Shown here piece after piece: positions 27,002 through 32,000 of a stretch of 32,000 nucleotides of DNA. How positions within the stretch are numbered: position 1 is the stretch's first letter; every line of letters begins with the position of its first letter. The position numbers were made by a program, and so were the translations under genes. Source of the DNA: Bdellovibrionales bacterium (lineage in GTDB: Bacteria > Bdellovibrionota > Bdellovibrionia > Bdellovibrionales > UBA1609); the NCBI GenBank assembly GCA_965247685.1, contig OZ252021.1:1140001-1172000 (forward strand). Reading direction: 5' to 3'. A model generated the notes under the pieces. The model saw nothing but the letters and a program-made list of their open reading frames with translations, was not told where the DNA came from and did no database searches.

Positions 27002-30000
27002 TTATAGAAAATCACCCAACAGATCTATTTGAATTATAGGAAGAGCATTAGAATCTAAATCATTAATATATTGAGAAGGCATTAAATAATCTGTTACTAT
27101 ACATCCTTCAATAGAGTCGATAGCTGGAGTGAATCCAACAATATGATAAATGGATTGGTAATTATTTTTTATCCAATTTAGACGATTAGTATGTTTTTTG
27201 CGAATTTTTTTCATTCTTTCTAAACTGTTAAATATTTCATTAAGATTTCTAGATAATTGAAGTCTTTTGGATTCAATGATTTTAACACGATTATCTTTCC
27301 ATGCTAATACATCTATGTCTCCTAAACTTTTCGAAGCTCCTAATGTAGACATTTTTAAATTTAATTTCACTTTCCAATGTGATTCTTGTACTTTATCAGC
27401 AACCTTTTGATTAAATTGCTCTCCCTTTTGCTTATTAATATTTCCACACAAACTTTTCATTTCATTTGATTTAAAAAAATGTATTGGAAAATTCCCCTCT
27501 TCTATCTGATCAAATAAGTAACATATAGATCTCTCAAAATTCCCCATTCCATAAAAAACATTGCCATCATTAGATCTTTTTGTTGCTAATAAAGGTCTAA
27601 CATTCAAGGCAAGTCTACGGTTATATTTAGAAGGTAATATATCTCTGTTTTTAAAACCTACAGGGGGGATGTTCCAGTCATCACGAGAAAAAATAACAAA
27701 TGAGTTCATAAAATGTTGAATAGTTTCACATGATATCCCTTCCTCTTTACATTTTTTCTTAATTTCTCCAATTGTTGTTTTAACAACTACACTAGATTTT
27801 TCATTAGCTATTTGAAATAAAAGCTTATAAATTTGTGCCATATCCTTTGTGGAAATTCCAAATTCAGCCTTGAAAGCGTTCTCTATTCTAGAAAATTCAA
27901 ATTCAGTTTTGAAAGCGCTCTCTATTTCATTTCTTGATTGTGTATTATTATAAAATTCTTTATAATTTTGACTTTGATCTTTTTGTTGAGAATACCGTAT
28001 CCCTTGCATAAAGGGTAATACTCCAGTATACAGAAACTCACGATCAATAGAGTACAGACCATCTCTTTCCCTTTTAATTTCTTTTTTACTGAAATTATAT
28101 TCTATTAAATCAGAATCAAATGATACTTCTAATAAAAACAAAGACTCTTCTAACAGTTCTTCCATATCCCATTCAGATAAAATTTTCCCCCCATCTTCTA
28201 AGCATTCACATATTGACATTTCTAGTAGAATTTGAATAGATTTTTTTATATTATCTCTATTTCTACTTTTTTCTTCTGCCACATTTTTACTTTCTTCAGC
28301 GTAGGACAGAAAAGCTCTCATTATCCTCCTCCAGAAAGAGTCTTCATGAATTTGAGACTCATATATTTCCATTAGCTTATGTATCACATCCGATTTATTA
28401 AATAATTTTAGCTTTGATTTAATATGTGAACGAATATATTCAAATAAATCATGTAAGAATTTTTGAACTTCTTGCTCGATTAAAGGAAAATTATAATTAT
28501 TGATTTGAAAATCTTGTAAAATTTTAAATCTTACAAAGTGATTATCAGCAATTGTCCTTTCAAAATTGAAGTTAATATTTTTGTTTTGAACAAATTTAAA
28601 AACACTTCCATCATCTGGAAACAAATGCAAAATTTTATTATCTGATTGAACTATTTTATTCACAATAGAATTGACTCGACTATCCGATGATTTTTCTTTT
28701 TTCTCACATAAACTTATGAGTGATGAAACTATATGCTTAGCAATCTCTCTCTCCCCTTTATTTATAGTAGTGTTGAAGTTAAGAAAAAAATTATATGGAA
28801 ATTTAATTTCTGCTCTATTTTTCGAAAAATCAAAAATAGTTTCTGTCTTCTCAATTTGTAGATGTTCATCAAATACTTTTTGATCTAATTTAATATTCTC
28901 AAAATTTAAACAAATCTCCAGTGTGATGTGAGACTGATCTTTCAAAATATTTTCAATTTCATGGACTATTTTGTAGTATAATACATCTAATCCTGAAGAA
29001 AGGAGCGTACATGCAATTTTCATAAAATTTGAAGCACATTTAATAGATAGCCATTTAGGAGTATTATTTTCTACAGAAATTCTTAATATATTCCTATAGA
29101 ATAAGGGATATAAATCTGTGCAGATTGGTAATTTTCTAAATTCTCTGTGATAAGAAGATGAAATAGACTTTAAGACAGGAAAATACTTTCCATCTATGTC
29201 TTTAGTGCAATGAATATCTAAGAGCTTTCTAATATCCTTATTTAATGGAAAAACAATATCAGGACAACATATGAATAAAGATTGATTATGATCCATGATT
29301 AGAGTACAGTTTGTGTGCCACGAGCAATATAAAGCATAATCTCCATTTATGGAAGAAAACCCCCTTCCTTGATTTTCAAAATATTTTTTTTGATCTAAAA
29401 ATTTTAAGTAATTTTTTAATGACCACTTTGTCTTGTCAATTGGAGCACCTAGTTTAAGAAAATCTTGTGTTTTAATGCATGAGTAGCACCATGAATTATC
29501 TGCTAAATCTGGTATCTCTTCAATTATCGTATTTAAACCGTCGCAACTAGGTAGGATTAAAACTGTTCCTGAAACAAAATCATTTTGAGATTTACAAAAA
29601 TCTCTCATTTTTTTTATTTCATTTGAAATTTTATCAGTATTATTAATCAAAGGTTCTTGTTGTACAGATATATGAAATAATAGTATGCAAAGATATTTAT
29701 CAGAATCGTACTTTAATATCCAAGACTTAACAAGTGAAGAAGATCGTTTATCTTTTTGCTCATTAGGGTTTCTTACTACATTAAAAGCACGAAGAGGACT
29801 GAGTAGGCCTTCAATCATATTAATTTCATTTTCAAAAAAGATTTCATCAAATTTGTAAGTATAGTTAGTTTTTTTAAATTCAGAAATTATATAATGTCGT
29901 ATTGCTGCTCCAATTGCATTAGGCAAAGCTACAATAATTTTACCCTCAATGCAGATAAAAGGCTTTTTTTTCAATTCAGAGCATCCATGGTTTTGATTAT

Positions 30001-30601
30001 CTGATGTTTTTATATCATTTTTTGTAAAGAAAAAAGGCTTAAGAAGGTCGATATGAATGTTTAAATCAAATAATTCATTCGCATCAAATACTACTCTGTT
30101 AATCATTTCATGTGATAATTTTGATATTTTGATATTTTGTTTTGGAGATGTTTCTTCTGAGTAATCCCATCTTTTTAAACCAGATCTTTGGACAACTTCA
30201 TCACTTAATCTAAGTAAGTTAAAAATATGTAGTAATAACTCTTTATAATTTTCATTTTTTAAGAACAAAGATTCTATAGTTTTTTGAACATAAAAATCAT
30301 TTGATTCCCATAATCCTTCGAAAATTCTAAAACTTCCTTGAAGAGTTATAATATTTGTTACAAATACATCTTCTATAGGATCTTCCTGGGATTTATATTG
30401 ATCTAAATCTTTGTTCAGAAAAATTTCAATTTCTTCCTTTTCTGGAGAAATTGAAGATTTTTTACAATTAGATACTACAAGATGAATAAGCTTTTCTATG
30501 CGATAGGAATTAGAAGCTAAAGAAGGTATAGTAAGTAGAGATGAAATTTTTGAAAGAGTTAAGAATAAATCATATTTTTTAAGTTTTTCATCTATAGACA
30601 T
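27002..30601 (-). CDS. Orphan 1199-aa protein with a C-terminal NERD/PD-(D/E)xK-like nuclease motif
   Basis: Uninterrupted 3.6-kb ORF. Residues about 1060-1112, KGEQFNQKVADKV ... LGDIDVLAWKDNRVKIIESKRL, fit the E...D...ExK restriction-fold core. I could find no Walker A (GxxxxGK[ST]), helicase or methyltransferase motif. Confidence 0.8.
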   Translation of the reverse strand: MSIDEKLKKYDLFLTLSKISSLLTIPSLASNSYRIEKLIHLVVSNCKKSSISPEKEEIEIFLNKDLDQYKSQEDPIEDVFVTNIITLQGSFRIFEGLWESNDFYVQKTIESLFLKNENYKELLLHIFNLLRLSDEVVQRSGLKRWDYSEETSPKQNIKISKLSHEMINRVVFDANELFDLNIHIDLLKPFFFTKNDIKTSDNQNHGCSELKKKPFICIEGKIIVALPNAIGAAIRHYIISEFKKTNYTYKFDEIFFENEINMIEGLLSPLRAFNVVRNPNEQKDKRSSSLVKSWILKYDSDKYLCILLFHISVQQEPLINNTDKISNEIKKMRDFCKSQNDFVSGTVLILPSCDGLNTIIEEIPDLADNSWCYSCIKTQDFLKLGAPIDKTKWSLKNYLKFLDQKKYFENQGRGFSSINGDYALYCSWHTNCTLIMDHNQSLFICCPDIVFPLNKDIRKLLDIHCTKDIDGKYFPVLKSISSSYHREFRKLPICTDLYPLFYRNILRISVENNTPKWLSIKCASNFMKIACTLLSSGLDVLYYKIVHEIENILKDQSHITLEICLNFENIKLDQKVFDEHLQIEKTETIFDFSKNRAEIKFPYNFFLNFNTTINKGEREIAKHIVSSLISLCEKKEKSSDSRVNSIVNKIVQSDNKILHLFPDDGSVFKFVQNKNINFNFERTIADNHFVRFKILQDFQINNYNFPLIEQEVQKFLHDLFEYIRSHIKSKLKLFNKSDVIHKLMEIYESQIHEDSFWRRIMRAFLSYAEESKNVAEEKSRNRDNIKKSIQILLEMSICECLEDGGKILSEWDMEELLEESLFLLEVSFDSDLIEYNFSKKEIKRERDGLYSIDREFLYTGVLPFMQGIRYSQQKDQSQNYKEFYNNTQSRNEIESAFKTEFEFSRIENAFKAEFGISTKDMAQIYKLLFQIANEKSSVVVKTTIGEIKKKCKEEGISCETIQHFMNSFVIFSRDDWNIPPVGFKNRDILPSKYNRRLALNVRPLLATKRSNDGNVFYGMGNFERSICYLFDQIEEGNFPIHFFKSNEMKSLCGNINKQKGEQFNQKVADKVQESHWKVKLNLKMSTLGASKSLGDIDVLAWKDNRVKIIESKRLQLSRNLNEIFNSLERMKKIRKKHTNRLNWIKNNYQSIYHIVGFTPAIDSIEGCIVTDYLMPSQYINDLDSNALPIIQIDLLGDFL
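27861..27938 (-). repeat. In-frame 39-bp tandem duplication inside the 1199-aa ORF
   Basis: aattcagccttgaaagcgttctctattc versus aattcagttttgaaagcgctctctattt. These encode IESAFKTEFEFSR / IENAFKAEFGIST. Confidence 0.7.
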
Positions 30602-30652
30602 TATTTTTCTTTTCTTTAAAAAATAATGTATTTTAGCTATTTTATGGATTCA

Positions 30653-31108
30653 CTATAGACATTTTCCCATCCAATTGGTGGCTACTGTGTGTCCTTCTAG
30701 ATTCATAATTCTTGATTGAACAAATGTTTTTTGTTTTGTATCGATAAGAAATACCACTGTTGCAGAAGTACCCCCACTAAGAAGCCAATAGGTACCATTA
30801 TTTTCATTCAATTTCATCAGGTCAATTTTGTTTGGTAAAAGATTATTTTCTGGAAGCATTTTGGGAGTTTTAGATTTTAAATCTGTAAATATAGTGGGGT
30901 ATTTTGATTTTTCCTTTTTGGCAGAGATTTTGATTTTTTTATTATCTGGTGAGTAGTGAGAGCTAGTTATGTGGGTAAGATTACAAGTTATAGAGTTACT
31001 TGTATCCGGGTATGGTTTTTTTGTTGAAACTAGTTTACCAATAGCTTGATTAACAAAAGATAATTGCGAAAAAACAATTATAAATAAAAACGTTAGTATA
31101 AATTTCAT
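30653..31108 (-). CDS. Small exported hypothetical protein
   Basis: Signal peptide MKFILTFLFIIVFSQLSFVNQAIG. I prefer the ATG at 31108 over the track's GTG at 31117 because an AAGGTGG SD sits 5 nt upstream of it. Its stop lies 51 bp upstream of the 1199-aa ORF, same strand. Confidence 0.6.
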   Translation of the reverse strand: MKFILTFLFIIVFSQLSFVNQAIGKLVSTKKPYPDTSNSITCNLTHITSSHYSPDNKKIKISAKKEKSKYPTIFTDLKSKTPKMLPENNLLPNKIDLMKLNENNGTYWLLSGGTSATVVFLIDTKQKTFVQSRIMNLEGHTVATNWMGKCL

Positions 31109-31601
31109 AAAAACCACCTTCTTTATTAAGAATTTCTTTTAATTGATGTTATTAATTAACTTAATTATAATTAATATTCAAGTTTTTTAAAATTAGCTAT
31201 CATATATGTATCAATTCGTTACATTTTATATCCAATAGAAGAACTTTTTATAAAAAGATAGATATTTTATTCAAAACAGGTATGTTCGAATTTAAAAATT
31301 TTAAATTACATAGCGGATTGTAACCCTATATCTATGAATTTATGAATAATTTCTTTAATTTCATCTAGTCCTCTTAGTTGATTTAAGTAAATCCTCTTAA
31401 TCGTTTTTTGTTAAAAAGAAGGAAAATACTTTAAAGAAAATTAACAAAATATAATAACTTGGACAGGTGAAAATAATAAAAATGTTTTAAAACTAAACGA
31501 TAATGGTAAAAGTTCCTAAAATATGGTTATTGATGCAACTTAGGGTTATCAATAAACAAAATTATCCAAGATCCACTTAAAATCGAAATTCCCGATTTCG
31601 A

Positions 31602-31613
31602 GAATCTAGATTC
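31602..31613. promoter_or_regulatory. Perfect 12-bp palindrome GAATCTAGATTC, a possible operator
   Basis: Located about 60 bp upstream of the serine protease ATG and immediately after a 7-bp-stem hairpin (31583-31601). Confidence 0.2.
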
Positions 31614-31671
31614 CATTTTTAACTGATAAGTTATATTTCAATTTTTTCTTTTTCTATCCGATAAGAGGTAT

Positions 31672-32000
31672 ATGAAAAACTATTTTTCAAAATTATCTAT
31701 ATACTGTTGTTTGATTTTTGCATTTTGCTTTCAAGTAGAAGCAACTCGCATGCAAGAAAAATATGATAAAATACAATCTAACTTTAGAAGACAGTATGAA
31801 AAAAAGTATAATATAAATCGTACTAAAAACATAAATCGTACTAAGAATATAAATTATACTAAAAACAATTATCAATTAAACGAAATGAAAGATTTAGAAC
31901 AATCTACAGTTGTTATTTTTTCCAAAGATAAAACAGGTAAAGAAAATGGACAAGGGAGTGGGTTTTTTATTTCTAACAATCAAATTGTAACTAATTATCA
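31672..32000 (+). CDS. Secreted trypsin-like (S1C/Trypsin_2-type) serine protease, N-terminal part; continues beyond the window end
   Basis: My own translation: MKNYFSKLSIYCCLIFAFCFQVEA (signal peptide) ... STVVIFSKDKTGKENGQGSGFFISNNQIVTNYH. This is the GSGF-x-I...IVTN-x-H pattern around the catalytic His. An AGAGG SD lies just upstream. Confidence 0.65.
   Translation, partial: MKNYFSKLSIYCCLIFAFCFQVEATRMQEKYDKIQSNFRRQYEKKYNINRTKNINRTKNINYTKNNYQLNEMKDLEQSTVVIFSKDKTGKENGQGSGFFISNNQIVTNY
31810..31863 (+). repeat. 18-bp tandem repeat x3 within the protease N-terminal linker
   Basis: aatataaatcgtactaaa / aacataaatcgtactaag / aatataaattatactaaa, encoding NINRTK NINRTK NINYTK. Confidence 0.8.

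Noticed and set aside
28671-28883. 70-aa plus-strand ORF antisense to the 1199-aa ORF
   Set aside because: It is nested antisense with no SD. I considered an antisense antitoxin-like gene, but nothing supports it.
31527-31555. Inverted repeat TTATTGAT...ATCAATAA upstream of the protease gene
   Set aside because: It is an 8-bp all-A/T-rich stem with a 13-nt loop, which is expected by chance in this spacer.
31693-31875. 60-aa minus-strand ORF from the track
   Set aside because: It is antisense to the plus-strand ORF starting at 31672, which has an SD, a signal peptide and a trypsin-like GSGF...TNYH motif. The minus-strand product is just the repeat read backwards.

Overview
A+T-rich chromosomal segment from a diderm (Gram-negative) bacterium. 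The lineage cannot be fixed from sequence alone; the gene set (tamB followed by an Omp85 gene, zapA, a 5-formyl-THF cyclo-ligase gene and rny) is compatible with a Bdellovibrionota/Oligoflexia-like or similar low-GC organism. Positions 1-22100 are tightly packed housekeeping genes: Omp85/BamA-like (partial), TamB-like, rpmF, an S8 protease lipoprotein, zapA, 5-formyl-THF cyclo-ligase, an RNase Y homologue, tyrS, a 2Fe-2S ferredoxin, an acyl-CoA dehydrogenase, a HesB/IscA protein, guaA, dnaE and lipB. A tRNA-Val(GAC) at 22190-22263 marks a change of character. It is followed by a decayed second tRNA copy, a BCCT transporter and a stand-alone rpsN. From about 24200 to the window end the sequence is visibly more A+T-rich, with long intergenic spacers and only orphan genes. 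That right-hand region holds the two most interesting loci. (1) A secreted protein with a Gly-zipper membrane domain is followed by three tandem small single-pass membrane proteins, and a near-identical 254-bp tandem DNA repeat also supplies the C-terminal tail of the large protein. (2) A 1199-aa orphan ORF has no NTPase motif but carries a C-terminal NERD/PD-(D/E)xK-type nuclease signature, and is preceded by a small exported protein. A separate observation is that the RNase Y homologue has lost essentially all HD-domain catalytic residues. I found no integrase, transposase, CRISPR array, rRNA or convincing rho-independent terminator. All functional calls rest on motif recognition by eye; no database search was run.
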